A stretch of DNA of 64,000 nucleotides from Chloroflexota bacterium (GTDB taxonomy: Bacteria; Chloroflexota; Dehalococcoidia; GIF9; UBA5629). Location: positions 72,773-136,772 of the forward strand of contig VGOP01000006.1 in NCBI GenBank assembly GCA_016875875.1, given 5' to 3'. Both the position numbers and the translations under genes were made by a program. The number at the start of each line of letters is the position of its first letter. Positions within the stretch are counted from its first letter, which is position 1. Below, one piece after another: positions 27,384 to 36,782 of the stretch. The notes beneath the pieces were generated by a model. That model did not search any database and was not told where the DNA came from. It was given only the letters and a program-made list of their open reading frames with translations.

Positions 27384-29351
27384 CTAGATTCTCTCCTTAA
27401 CCAGTATATCAACCACCGAGGGGTCAGCCAGAGTAGTGGTATCACCCAATTGCTCTACGTCACCAGCAGCAATCTTGGTCAATATTCTCCTCATAATCTT
27501 GCCGCTCCTGGTCTTGGGCAAAGCATCAGCAAATTGAATCTTGTCTGGTGTAGCTATGGGGCCAATCTCTTTGCGAACATGGGCTACCAGTTCTTTCTTA
27601 AGCTCTTCGGACTTTACCACGCTAGCTTTTAGAGTAACAAAAGCATATATGCCTTGCCCTTTTATCTCATGGGGCATGCCAACAACTGCAGATTCTGCCA
27701 CCTTATCATGAGACACCAGAGCACTTTCGACCTCGGCCGTGCCTATGCGATGACCTGACACATTAATAACATCATCTATACGACCCATTAACCAGTAGAA
27801 CCCGTCTTCGTCTACCCTAGCTCCGTCTCCTGTTGTATACACGCCAGGGAACCGAACAAAGTAAGTGTTCTTGAACCTCTCAGGGTCACCATAGACCCGC
27901 CGCATCAGACCCGGCCAAGGTTTTTTAATCACCAAGTAACCGCCCTCATTCACATCAGCAACGGAACCATCCTCCCTAAGCACGGCTGGCTCAACCCCAG
28001 GAAATGGTAACGTCGCTGACCCTGGCTTAAGTGGAGTAGAACCGGGTAAAGGAGTGATTAATACTCCGCCTGTTTCTGTTTGCCACCAGGTATCTACAAT
28101 CGGACACTTACCTTTACCTATTACATTGTAGTACCAAATCCAAGCCTCGGGATTTATAGGTTCGCCCACTGTTCCTAAGAGACGCAAGGAGGTCAAATCA
28201 TGCTTTTCAGGCCACTCATCTCCCTCCCTCATTATGGCCCGTAGAGCAGTGGGGGCAGTGTAGAAAATACTGACTTGGTACTTTTCGACAATGTCCCAGA
28301 ACCTATCAGGATGGGGATAGTTTGGTACCCCTTCAAACATAAGGACCGTTGCTCCGTAAGACAAGGGGCCATAAACGATATATGAGTGCCCAGTCACCCA
28401 ACCAATGTCGGCTGTGCACCAGAAAGTGTCTTCTTCCTTCATGTCAAAAATCCACTTAAAGGTCTGATAGCAGTACAATAGGTAACCTGCCTGAGTATGG
28501 AGAACGCCTTTCGGTTTCCCGGTGCTACCACTGGTGTACAAGATAAACAGAGGGTCTTCAGCATCCATAACCTCAGGCTCACAGTGTGCTTTAACGCCAT
28601 CAGCAGCCATCTCGTTATCCCACCAATAGTCACGCCCTTCTTTCATGGCTACTTCAATATTAGCCCTCTTGACCACTATTACATCTTTTACGTCAGGGCA
28701 GGCCGCAAGGGCTTCATCAGCATTGTCTTTACTCCGGATAATCTTACCGCCACGATAGTAACCATCTACACAAATGAGTACCGTAGACCCGCAGTCCAGC
28801 ATCCTATCCTTCAAGGCGTCAGCGCTAAAACCACCAAACACAACACTATGAATAGCACCGATCCTGGTACAGGCCAACATAGCAATCGGTAATTCGACAA
28901 TCATAGGTAGATAAATAGATACCCTATCTCCCTTTTTAACGCCATGTTTTTTGAGCACATTAGCAAATTTGCACACCTCTTGATACAGCTGTTGATAGGT
29001 GAGTATCTTGCTGTCACCAATGTCACCTTCCCAAATCAGTGCTGCCTTATTTCTTCTCCATGTCCTAACATGCCTGTCCAAGCAATTTTGACAAACATTG
29101 AGTTTGCCGCCCACAAACCATTCGTGCTTGCCCTCTTTGAAATCATCAACAAGCACCTTATCCCATTTCTTGTACCAATCCAGCTGCTCTGCCATCTCTC
29201 CCCAGAATCCCTCGGGGTCGTTAATGGACCATTGATAGACGTCTTTATACTCGACCAGATTCCTTATGTAAGCCTTTTCACTGACTTCCCTTGGAGGATT
29301 AAAAACTCTTTTCTCCCCCATCATTGAGGTGATTGTTTTAATATCTGCCAT
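27384..29351 (-). CDS. acs: acetyl-CoA synthetase (AMP-forming)
   Basis: 655 aa. AMP-binding motif [20 protein letters not shown], and C-terminal SGKIMRR with the conserved acylatable Lys context. Confidence 0.95.
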   Translation of the reverse strand: MADIKTITSMMGEKRVFNPPREVSEKAYIRNLVEYKDVYQWSINDPEGFWGEMAEQLDWYKKWDKVLVDDFKEGKHEWFVGGKLNVCQNCLDRHVRTWRRNKAALIWEGDIGDSKILTYQQLYQEVCKFANVLKKHGVKKGDRVSIYLPMIVELPIAMLACTRIGAIHSVVFGGFSADALKDRMLDCGSTVLICVDGYYRGGKIIRSKDNADEALAACPDVKDVIVVKRANIEVAMKEGRDYWWDNEMAADGVKAHCEPEVMDAEDPLFILYTSGSTGKPKGVLHTQAGYLLYCYQTFKWIFDMKEEDTFWCTADIGWVTGHSYIVYGPLSYGATVLMFEGVPNYPHPDRFWDIVEKYQVSIFYTAPTALRAIMREGDEWPEKHDLTSLRLLGTVGEPINPEAWIWYYNVIGKGKCPIVDTWWQTETGGVLITPLPGSTPLKPGSATLPFPGVEPAVLREDGSVADVNEGGYLVIKKPWPGLMRRVYGDPERFKNTYFVRFPGVYTTGDGARVDEDGFYWLMGRIDDVINVSGHRIGTAEVESALVSHDKVAESAVVGMPHEIKGQGIYAFVTLKASVVKSEELKKELVAHVRKEIGPIATPDKIQFADALPKTRSGKIMRRILTKIAAGDVEQLGDTTTLADPSVVDILVKERI

Positions 29352-29394
29352 TGCTAAACTCCTTTCTAGACTTGGGCATTTTCAATTACCTGAT

Positions 29395-29850
29395 CTACAC
29401 CTGAGAAGTGACACCCAATAACTGAGCATATGCCTGGCGCAGTCTAGTTGCTACCACACGTGCAATCCCCCTGGAGACTCTGCAGCCTATCTCAGGCTTG
29501 GTGATGCACAAAGCGGATAACTCTTGCCCATCAAAGGTCAACACCTTTGTACTCTCTAAAGCTTTTACCGTAGCCGTGCAAATATATGGGTCGAGCATAG
29601 CTGACCAACCGAATGCCTCGTAATCAGTTACCGCTTGAACCTGGCGTTGGGCAAGTGGCCCAACTTCCAGAATAATCCCTACCGTGCCGTTTTCAATCAC
29701 GTAGAGTTTTTGCTCCTTGCAACCCTGCTTGCAGATAATCGACCCAGCACCAAATTCTTCATGGTCGCACATTTTTTCCACTTCGCGAAGCTGCTTATCA
29801 TCCAAAGTCCTGAACATTTCGCATTTTCTCAACACATCAAACTTCTTCAT
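29395..29850 (-). CDS. cyclic-nucleotide-binding domain protein (effector domain only, no HTH)
   Basis: 151 aa with a CAP_ED-like pattern (FRTLDDKQLREVEKMC...FGAGSIICKQG...LYVIENGTV...EAFGWSAML). No DNA-binding domain follows. Confidence 0.7.
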   Translation of the reverse strand: MKKFDVLRKCEMFRTLDDKQLREVEKMCDHEEFGAGSIICKQGCKEQKLYVIENGTVGIILEVGPLAQRQVQAVTDYEAFGWSAMLDPYICTATVKALESTKVLTFDGQELSALCITKPEIGCRVSRGIARVVATRLRQAYAQLLGVTSQV

Positions 29851-29934
29851 TTGTTCAACCTCCTAATTTCTATTTGCCTTTGCCGCAAGACACCAATTGC
29901 TCCTCAGCTGCTACCACAGCTATGTACTTTACCC

Positions 29935-30111
29935 TCAGCCACGGCAGCCGGAATCAGTCATAGACCTAGCTCCTGTGCGGTCAGAGCGCAACCTGAATAC
30001 CCTCTGAGCGACACTGTAAAGACCACGCAAGCTCGAAAACAGAAAAAATGCTGTAAGACACAGGGCAATAGAAATCACAAAACCTACAACTGCAATAAAG
30101 TGCAAATTCAT
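29935..30111 (-). CDS. micro membrane protein (single predicted TM helix), translationally adjacent to paralogue 2
   Basis: MNLHFIAVVGFVISIALCLTAFFLFSSL... has one hydrophobic helix followed by a basic tail. AAGGAG directly follows the paralogue-2 stop and lies ~10 nt before this ATG. The track ORF starts at 30132. Confidence 0.45.
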   Translation of the reverse strand: MNLHFIAVVGFVISIALCLTAFFLFSSLRGLYSVAQRVFRLRSDRTGARSMTDSGCRG

Positions 30112-30125
30112 TGTTTCCATCTCCT

Positions 30126-30452
30126 TTACCACTTCTCCTGTGACAGTCTATACAACAGCCAGGTTGACAAACGCCTGTCTAGCTTGCCCACCCAACTCTC
30201 AATTTTCTGTATATCACCGCTGGCTAAAGCCGCTTTTTCTTCCTGAGTCAATGTGTAGTATTCCTTAAGGGCTACGTGAGGGTCATCTGCCAAGCGGGAC
30301 ATGAACTCAGGTTCATCAGCTGCCCGGACAAGCACAGATAGTATCGCCCATCTCCCAGCCAAGCCATCCTTCGGAACAACGGTAGGCGCTTTGATCAGCT
30401 CCTCCATTGCTTCGGTAGTTTCTTCGGTCTTCCCACGAACCATCTTATCCAT
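30126..30452 (-). CDS. small helical protein ending in SQEKW (paralogue 2)
   Basis: ...KTEETTEAMEELIKAPTVVPKDGLAGRWAILSVLVRAADEPEFMSRLADDPHVALKEYYTLTQEEKAALASGDIQKIESWVGKLDRRLSTWLLYRLSQEKW. I chose the ATG at 30452, 8 nt after GGAG. The GTG at 30461 and the ATG at 30443 are alternatives. Confidence 0.8.
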   Translation of the reverse strand: MDKMVRGKTEETTEAMEELIKAPTVVPKDGLAGRWAILSVLVRAADEPEFMSRLADDPHVALKEYYTLTQEEKAALASGDIQKIESWVGKLDRRLSTWLLYRLSQEKW

Positions 30453-30495
30453 TCCTGTCACTCCATTGGCTTTTGACTCGCTTTTCTGCTTTTAC

Positions 30496-30561
30496 TGTAG
30501 CAATTAGCAATTGGGCTATCATCGGTCTTTAGCCCTAATTTCGATAGTACTTTGGCCTATG
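30496..30561 (-). promoter_or_regulatory. conserved ~65-bp upstream element, copy B (in the divergent region between paralogue 2 and the response regulator)
   Basis: See 26239..26303. About 47 of the first 60 aligned positions are identical by hand alignment. Confidence 0.55.
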
Positions 30562-30660
30562 CCTCAACCAAGGCATTCGAAGCGTCTGACCATGTGATTA
30601 TTGTTTCTTTCGGTTGATATACCTTATAATTGATATCAAACTGGCCGTGGGTTATAGAAA

Positions 30661-31350
30661 ATGAAGACGAAGACCAGAATTTTAATCGCCGATGACCATC
30701 CACTGCTGCGCGAAGCACTGTGCCAAGTATTTTCCAATCAAAAAGACATGGAGATAGTTGGCCAAGCAAATAATGGTGAGGAGGCTATCAACCTAACTTC
30801 CCAATTGAAGCCAGATATTCTAGTTATGGATATTATGATGCCAAAGTTCGATGGTCTTGAAGCTAGCCGACAGATTAAGAAAATTGCTCCCAATACTGCC
30901 ATATTAATTCTCACTGCCTACGATGACGACAATTATGTTCTTGGATTACTAGAGGCTGGAGCAACTGGTTACTTGATGAAGAGTGCTCGAGGACAAGACC
31001 TGGTAGAAGCCGTGCGAGCTATAAGAGCCGGCGAATCAGTACTTCACCCTAAAATCATTGAGAAGCTGCTCAAGCAAGCCATGGCTAAACCAGCAGAAAC
31101 TGTAGACCGCAAAATAAAGGACCTTCTGAGCGACCGGGAGATGGAAATGCTGAAGCTGTTGGCTACCGGAATGAGCAACAAAGAGATAGCCGACAAACTA
31201 TGTCTCAGCCTACGTACTGTCAAGGCTCACATGTCCAATATTTTCACCAAGATGAATGTCGCTTCGCGAAGTGAAGCTCTCGTTGAGGCCCTTAGAACAG
31301 GACTTCTTACCTTAAAAGATATCAAACAAGAAGCTACTCCAGAAGATTAG
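30661..31350 (+). CDS. NarL/LuxR-family response regulator (paralogue of 12941..13606)
   Basis: ILIADDHPLLREAL...DIMMPKFDG...TAYDDD, plus the LuxR HTH LSDREMEMLKLLATGMSNKEIADKLCLSLRTVKAHMSNIFTKM. Confidence 0.95.
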   Translation: MKTKTRILIADDHPLLREALCQVFSNQKDMEIVGQANNGEEAINLTSQLKPDILVMDIMMPKFDGLEASRQIKKIAPNTAILILTAYDDDNYVLGLLEAGATGYLMKSARGQDLVEAVRAIRAGESVLHPKIIEKLLKQAMAKPAETVDRKIKDLLSDREMEMLKLLATGMSNKEIADKLCLSLRTVKAHMSNIFTKMNVASRSEALVEALRTGLLTLKDIKQEATPED

Positions 31351-31413
31351 AATAGGCTAATGCTTGAATTAGTATCCGTACGCATAAATAGATGAGGAGA
31401 AACATTCGCAGCA

Positions 31414-32850
31414 ATGTCAGATAGATGGCGAATTTTCCACATCTGTTTGCTAACCCTCTTTTTCTTAGTTCTAACTCTATCTCATTACCACGAGCTTCTG
31501 GCCGGGATACCTATAGTAGGCGAGGTATCTATTACTTCGTCCCTTGGTTTATCAAGGCATGTCATAGAGCGATTCATTTACATCGTACTCGTAATCTATG
31601 CTGGCTGGTCACTGGGAATAATGTTCGGCATTGCTACATTGTTGGCCTCTGCTATCGCTATGCTACCTTGGGCACTATTTATATCCACTAATCCCATAGA
31701 CGCCATAACCGAGAGCATCGCTGCGCTTATTATCAGTGGCTTAAGCATTTCCCTAATTCAAATGCACCGCGGATGGTATCGGCAAAAACAAAGGCTGCGT
31801 GGAATCAAAGTGGCCTTAAGAACATCCCAACAAAACTACGAGGAGCTTTTTACTAATGCCAGTGATGCCATCTGGGTTCATGACCTTAACGGCAAGATAA
31901 TTATGGCCAATAAAGCCTGCGAAACAGTCAGTGGCTATTCCCCAGATGACGCAATAGGCAAAAATGTTTCCGAATTTATGTCCCCCGATGCGCTCAGTAT
32001 AGCCAGAGGAATCAAAATTAAGCTCATGAAGGGCCAAGCCATAGACCAGCGCTACGACCAAAGATTAATCAAAAAAGATGACTCAGAAGCTATTGTAGAA
32101 TTGTTTACCCGTCTAATCAGAGATGATGACGGCAAGCCCATCGCCTTTCAGAATATCGCTCGTGATGTGACTGAGGAAAGAAGACTGCGGGACAATCTCC
32201 GATTTCAAATTCACAAAACTCTCATGGCACAGGAAGAAGAGCGAAAACGCATTGCTCGGGAACTCCATGATGATATTGCCCAATCTATATTGTTATTGTC
32301 ACGCCAACTGGATATCCTTATATCCGGAGGTGCCCAGAATAGGCTGCCAAAAGCTTCAGTAGGCGAGCTAGAGTATATACAAAACATAGCCAACGAGACC
32401 TACAAAGGTCTGCAGCGCTACGCACGTGACCTGAGACCAAGCATTTTGGACCAGATGGGACTAGTGGCAGCATTGAATTGGCTGGCTGAGGAACTTAGTA
32501 AAGAACTGGGGACCAAAACTACGGTGAAAGCGGATAAATTGCCCCTACTCGCCTCAGAAACAGAGCTAGCCATGTTTCGCATTGCGCAAGAGGCATTGAA
32601 CAACGTTCGGAAGCATGCTCAAGCTTCCGAGGTCAACATTACAGTGAAAACTGATTCGAACAATATAAAGATGGCTATCACAGACAACGGCAAGGGCTTC
32701 TCGACACCCAGATTGACCGGGGATCTGGCAAGAGAGGGAAAACTCGGCGTCTTGGGCATGGAAGAGCGAGCACGTCTTATCGGAGGTGAGTTACACATAA
32801 AATCCGGGCCAGGCAAAGGTACAACTGTAATCGCCAAAGCACCTATTTAA
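31414..32850 (+). CDS. membrane-bound sensor histidine kinase (TM-PAS-HisKA_3-HATPase)
   Basis: Hydrophobic N-terminal ~125 aa, a PAS region (NYEELFTNASDAIWVHDLNGKI), the H-box RIARELHDDIAQSI, and an ATPase region (DNGKGF, GVLGMEER, GKGT). Confidence 0.9.
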   Translation: MSDRWRIFHICLLTLFFLVLTLSHYHELLAGIPIVGEVSITSSLGLSRHVIERFIYIVLVIYAGWSLGIMFGIATLLASAIAMLPWALFISTNPIDAITESIAALIISGLSISLIQMHRGWYRQKQRLRGIKVALRTSQQNYEELFTNASDAIWVHDLNGKIIMANKACETVSGYSPDDAIGKNVSEFMSPDALSIARGIKIKLMKGQAIDQRYDQRLIKKDDSEAIVELFTRLIRDDDGKPIAFQNIARDVTEERRLRDNLRFQIHKTLMAQEEERKRIARELHDDIAQSILLLSRQLDILISGGAQNRLPKASVGELEYIQNIANETYKGLQRYARDLRPSILDQMGLVAALNWLAEELSKELGTKTTVKADKLPLLASETELAMFRIAQEALNNVRKHAQASEVNITVKTDSNNIKMAITDNGKGFSTPRLTGDLAREGKLGVLGMEERARLIGGELHIKSGPGKGTTVIAKAPI

Positions 32851-32948
32851 ATTTGATAAAGAGGTTCATCATGCCATATTCTGAAACGCAGTTTCTTTTG
32901 CTTATATCACCTTAATTTGTACCACCTCTGGTAAAATCAGGACAAGAA

Positions 32949-33800
32949 ATGAGATTGCCAAACACTCCGCAAGCTAAACTAATTATTGACCAGGCTCTAG
33001 CCGAAGACCTCAGTTGGGGAGATGTGACTACAGAGGCATTGGTACCCGAAACACAGCAGGGCAAGGCATCGATAATAGCCAAAGCAAGAGGAATCATAGC
33101 TGGAACCGATATAGCCAGACAGGTTTTTCTTAAAGTTGACCCGAAATTAAAGATAAATATTCTTATCAAGGACGGTACTGAAGTTAAGCCCAGCGATGTG
33201 ATAGCCAGAATAGAAGGCAAAACATCAAACATATTGAAAGCCGAGCGGGTCGCCCTAAACTTCCTGCAACGTCTCAGCGGAATTGCCTCAGAAACAGCCC
33301 GTTATGTCGAAGCCGTAAAGGGGCTGCCTGTTAACATCACCGATACTAGGAAGACTACACCGGGATTAAGAACATTGGAAAAGTACGCTGTGCAAATCGG
33401 CGGCGGTAAAAACCATCGCATGCATCTAGGAGACGGCATTCTTATTAAGGACAACCACTTGGCAGCACTCCGTAACCAAGGGCTGAGCATAGAGGAAATT
33501 ATAGCCAGAGCCCGCCAAAATGCTCCTCCGAAGCTGAAAATCGAGGTTGAAGTCAAAACTCAAAAGGAAGCTGTCGAAGCTGCTGCAGCCGGAGCCGATG
33601 TTATAATGCTTGATAATATGGAACTTGAAGATATGCGTCAGGCTGTACAACTAATCAAAGGCCGTGCCCTAATCGAAGCTTCCGGAGGCATTAATCTGGA
33701 AAGAGTTAGAGCCGTTGCTGAAACCGGCGTTGACCTTATATCAATAGGAGCCCTCACTCACTCTCCGAAAGTCTTAGATATCAGCCTGGAATTAGATTAA
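32949..33800 (+). CDS. nadC: nicotinate-nucleotide pyrophosphorylase (quinolinate phosphoribosyltransferase)
   Basis: DVTT, ERVALNFLQRLSGIA, DTRKTTPGLR, HR.GL.D..LIKDNH and MLDN are NadC signatures. Confidence 0.95.
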   Translation: MRLPNTPQAKLIIDQALAEDLSWGDVTTEALVPETQQGKASIIAKARGIIAGTDIARQVFLKVDPKLKINILIKDGTEVKPSDVIARIEGKTSNILKAERVALNFLQRLSGIASETARYVEAVKGLPVNITDTRKTTPGLRTLEKYAVQIGGGKNHRMHLGDGILIKDNHLAALRNQGLSIEEIIARARQNAPPKLKIEVEVKTQKEAVEAAAAGADVIMLDNMELEDMRQAVQLIKGRALIEASGGINLERVRAVAETGVDLISIGALTHSPKVLDISLELD

Positions 33801-34513
33801 ATCCTAGTTGGCGCCAGACCATGTCCCTTGAGCAAAGGAATATCACCCAAAATCGCTTCGGTGTCACCATCAGCAACTACTTTTCCTTCATCCATCACCA
33901 TAGTCCGATGGCACAGAGCACTTACCAATTCCAGGTCATGAGTGGCGATGATTTTGGTCATAGGAAGCTGCTTCAGCAAAGCAATCAAAGACCATTTGCT
34001 TCGCGGGTCGAGGTTGCTAGTAGGTTCATCAATAACCAGAACCTCAGGGTCTAAGGACAAAACAGTGGCAATGGCAATACGTTTTTTCTCGCCAAAGCTA
34101 AGATGATGAGGTGAACGCTGTTCATAACCACACATTCCAACCCACTCCAGAGCTCGAATCACACGCTGTCCAACTTCGGCCTCGGAGTAATCCATGTTTA
34201 TAGGGCCAAAGGCAACATCATCAAAGACGCTCAATGAGAAAAGCTGGTCCTCAGGATCCTGAAATACCAGGCCAACTCTTTTCCTTATTTCTTTCAAATT
34301 ATTATCCTCCATAGCTAAGCCGCAAATCTTCACAGAGCTATTGCCACGGAGGATTCCATTTAGATGAAGTAAAAGCGTTGATTTCCCAGCTCCATTGGGG
34401 CCAATCACCGCCACATTCTCACCAGGACAGACGACAAAGTCAACATTTTTCAATCCCTTATGTCCATCAGGATAATTAAAGGAAAGGTTTTTGATTTCTA
34501 TGACTTTATCCAT
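33797..34513 (-). CDS. cbiO: ECF transporter ATPase component (CbiO/NikO-like)
   Basis: Walker A GPNGAGKST, the ABC signature LSFGEKKR, and Walker B LVIDEP. Confidence 0.9.
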   Translation of the reverse strand: MDKVIEIKNLSFNYPDGHKGLKNVDFVVCPGENVAVIGPNGAGKSTLLLHLNGILRGNSSVKICGLAMEDNNLKEIRKRVGLVFQDPEDQLFSLSVFDDVAFGPINMDYSEAEVGQRVIRALEWVGMCGYEQRSPHHLSFGEKKRIAIATVLSLDPEVLVIDEPTSNLDPRSKWSLIALLKQLPMTKIIATHDLELVSALCHRTMVMDEGKVVADGDTEAILGDIPLLKGHGLAPTRI

Positions 34514-34525
34514 AGCCTACCAAAT

Positions 34526-35296
34526 CTACCACGAGATAATAAATGGGAAAATGAGCATAAGACAAAAGATGGCGCTAAAATAAGCATCAGCCGGTCTGAG
34601 GCTCAAATTTTGCAGCGTGCGAATCTGGCCATCAAAACCTCTGGACAACATAGCGGCATAAATCCTTTCGCCCCGCTCATAGCTCCTGATAAACAAGGTT
34701 CCGACCATGCTACCGATGGCCTTCAGTTGATGCAGCCGTTTGCCACCGAAATTTCTACTATCGCGCGCTTGCTGCATCCGCATCACCTCATCCGCCAAAA
34801 CAAAAATGTAGCGATACATGAAAGAAAGTATCAATATCATCACAAGAGGCATACCTAATTGCCTCAAGCCTTTTAACAAGTCGGCAAGCCTTGTTGTCGA
34901 TGGCAGCAAAATCAGAGCTAAAATACAGAGCCAGGCTTTTACCACCACATTCGCCAGAATAAACAAGCCATTGTAAGTTACTGAGACGTGCCATAGCCAG
35001 ATATTATAGCTGCCAGCTATCTCCCCTTCTTTAAAAAAGGGGATAAAGACAGCGATCAGCAAAACGAAGGGGAAAATAACCAGAGATCTTTTAAGAACGT
35101 AAAGCGGCGGTAACTTGGAAAGGATTAGCAAAGCAACTATGATACAGAAGTAGAAAGCAAAAACTCGCCAGTTGCTTGCCGGTGTCAACACCACGGTCAG
35201 TATAAAAGCCAGGTTGGCAATGAGCTTAGTCCGCGGGTCAAGCCTGTGGATAAAGCTGTCCAGGTCACTATATTCGTCAATAAAGCTATGCTTCAC
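34526..35296 (-). CDS. cbiQ: ECF transporter transmembrane T component (CbiQ/NikQ-like)
   Basis: 256 aa, polytopic. It shows the DPRTKL start and the ARDSR / ERGERIY motifs typical of CbiQ. Confidence 0.85.
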   Translation of the reverse strand: MKHSFIDEYSDLDSFIHRLDPRTKLIANLAFILTVVLTPASNWRVFAFYFCIIVALLILSKLPPLYVLKRSLVIFPFVLLIAVFIPFFKEGEIAGSYNIWLWHVSVTYNGLFILANVVVKAWLCILALILLPSTTRLADLLKGLRQLGMPLVMILILSFMYRYIFVLADEVMRMQQARDSRNFGGKRLHQLKAIGSMVGTLFIRSYERGERIYAAMLSRGFDGQIRTLQNLSLRPADAYFSAIFCLMLIFPFIISW

Positions 35297-35588
35297 CTTT
35301 TGCCCTCAATAATCTGGCTAATCCATAACCGATGCCGAAAAGGATAAGAGTACCCACTATGCCAGCCAGAATTGTAGCTAAAGCTTCATTCGTCACACAG
35401 GGTATCACATAGTCAGGCAAAATTTTGAAGAAAGGTTCAAGAGCTGCACCAATAAAGCCCTTATCCTCAGCCACCCTTTCTAAACCATCTGGCGACGAAG
35501 AAGCCAAGGGAGACGATATCGCCAGCAACAAAGCTAAAATCAGAGCTCCATACCACCATTTGAATTTCATCTCTGATTTCACTCCCAT
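35286..35588 (-). CDS. PDGLE-domain small membrane component of a Ni/Co ECF importer (CbiN/NikN position)
   Basis: An N-terminal TM helix, the literal PDGLE motif (SSPDGLERVAED) and a C-terminal TM helix. Its ATG overlaps the cbiM stop (TGATG). Confidence 0.75.
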   Translation of the reverse strand: MGVKSEMKFKWWYGALILALLLAISSPLASSSPDGLERVAEDKGFIGAALEPFFKILPDYVIPCVTNEALATILAGIVGTLILFGIGYGLARLLRAKGEA

Positions 35589-36226
35589 CAAGCCTTCTGT
35601 AGTTCCAACAGGTCAGCCCTAGTAGCTAACACCAAAGAGAGCACTGCTGCAGTTATCAAACCCTCACCAATACCAATGATAGCATGCATACCTGCCATCG
35701 CCGGCAAGGCTATACCCAAGGGCACGGTACCCGATATCGCCAACTCAACCGCACAAGCACCCGATGCAATTACCACTGTAAACCAGGCAGCCACACCACT
35801 GCCGACCATCATGCCTAATTTGCGCTTACGGAAAAGCGGAGCAATACCTCTATAGAGATAATACCCTATAAAGCAAGGAACAACACCCATATTGGCAACA
35901 TTAGCCCCTAAAGCGAGAAGTCCACCATCCTGAAAAATCAAGCTTTGCACAATGAGCACACAGGCCATTATAAGCACCCCCGCCCAAGGACCTAAAAGGA
36001 TAGCAGCTAAAGCAGCTCCGATAAGATGCCCAGAAGTACCCCCAGCCACAGGGAAATTCAACATCTGGGCAGCAAAGATAAAAGCCGCCAGCACTCCCAT
36101 CAGAGGTATTTGCTTCTCACCCATCTTTTTGTTCGTCGCCTTTACCGCATAAGCAACACTGCCAGCAGCCATGGCAATTCCAGCCGCTGCTACCGGCGTA
36201 CTAATAAAGCCATCTGGAATATGCAT
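35588..36226 (-). CDS. cbiM: ECF substrate-capture component CbiM/NikM
   Basis: A mature N-terminus MHIPDGF is diagnostic for CbiM/NikM. The start is taken at that Met (36226) rather than at 36250. Confidence 0.9.
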   Translation of the reverse strand: MHIPDGFISTPVAAAGIAMAAGSVAYAVKATNKKMGEKQIPLMGVLAAFIFAAQMLNFPVAGGTSGHLIGAALAAILLGPWAGVLIMACVLIVQSLIFQDGGLLALGANVANMGVVPCFIGYYLYRGIAPLFRKRKLGMMVGSGVAAWFTVVIASGACAVELAISGTVPLGIALPAMAGMHAIIGIGEGLITAAVLSLVLATRADLLELQKA

Positions 36227-36304
36227 CGAAATCCCCCTAAACAAACACATTCAATTAAATGCAACTGCAACTAATTTCACCAAGCACCAAAAATAAAAAT
36301 CATC

Positions 36305-36718
36305 CTAGCTACCTTGACACCTCGAACACAGACCAAAAACAGCCATATGTTTCAAATCAGCCTTAAACTGATACATATCGGTCAAAGTATTTTCCAAATG
36401 AGTCAGTGCCGACTCAGGCAAATCAATTAGTCTGCCGCACTTCTGGCACACAAGATGATGATGATGCCCTTTCTCCGCAGGATGGAAACGAACACACCCG
36501 TCTCCCAAGGCTATCTCTGTAACCAGCCCGAGTTCCTTCAACAAATCTAATGTCCGGTAAACCGTAGAAATATTGGCATAAGGATACCTGGCTTTAACCT
36601 GAGCATAAATCTCCTCAGCGCTAACATGCTTGTCAGCGCTATGCAACGCTTCGACCACCATCATCCGCTGCGGCGTCAGCCTATAGCCCATCCCTTTAAG
36701 CGCCTGACCACAACTCAT
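36305..36718 (-). CDS. Fur-family metalloregulator
   Basis: RLTPQRMMVVEAL...HVSAEEIY...ISTVYRTLDLLKELGLV, then HHHHLVCQKCG...CSRC metal sites. It lies directly upstream of the cbiM operon. Confidence 0.85.
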   Translation of the reverse strand: MSCGQALKGMGYRLTPQRMMVVEALHSADKHVSAEEIYAQVKARYPYANISTVYRTLDLLKELGLVTEIALGDGCVRFHPAEKGHHHHLVCQKCGRLIDLPESALTHLENTLTDMYQFKADLKHMAVFGLCSRCQGS

Positions 36719-36782
36719 ATCTATAAAGTATAGCAACGGAAGATGAAAAATGCAAACAGTTGCATTAGCAACTAATTGAAAC

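Noticed and set aside
29635-30246. 203-aa plus-strand ORF spanning the cNMP gene, the micro-TM gene and SQEKW paralogue 2
   Set aside because: It crosses three minus-strand genes and an intergenic gap. Its translation is low-complexity with no start context.
25871-30452. Interpreting the SQEKW small proteins as RiPP precursor peptides (NHLP/Nif11-like leaders)
   Set aside because: There is no Gly-Gly cleavage motif and no Cys/Ser/Thr-rich core. No maturase, cyclodehydratase, radical SAM/SPASM or peptidase-ABC exporter is adjacent. One copy is fused to a membrane channel, which does not fit a secreted peptide precursor.
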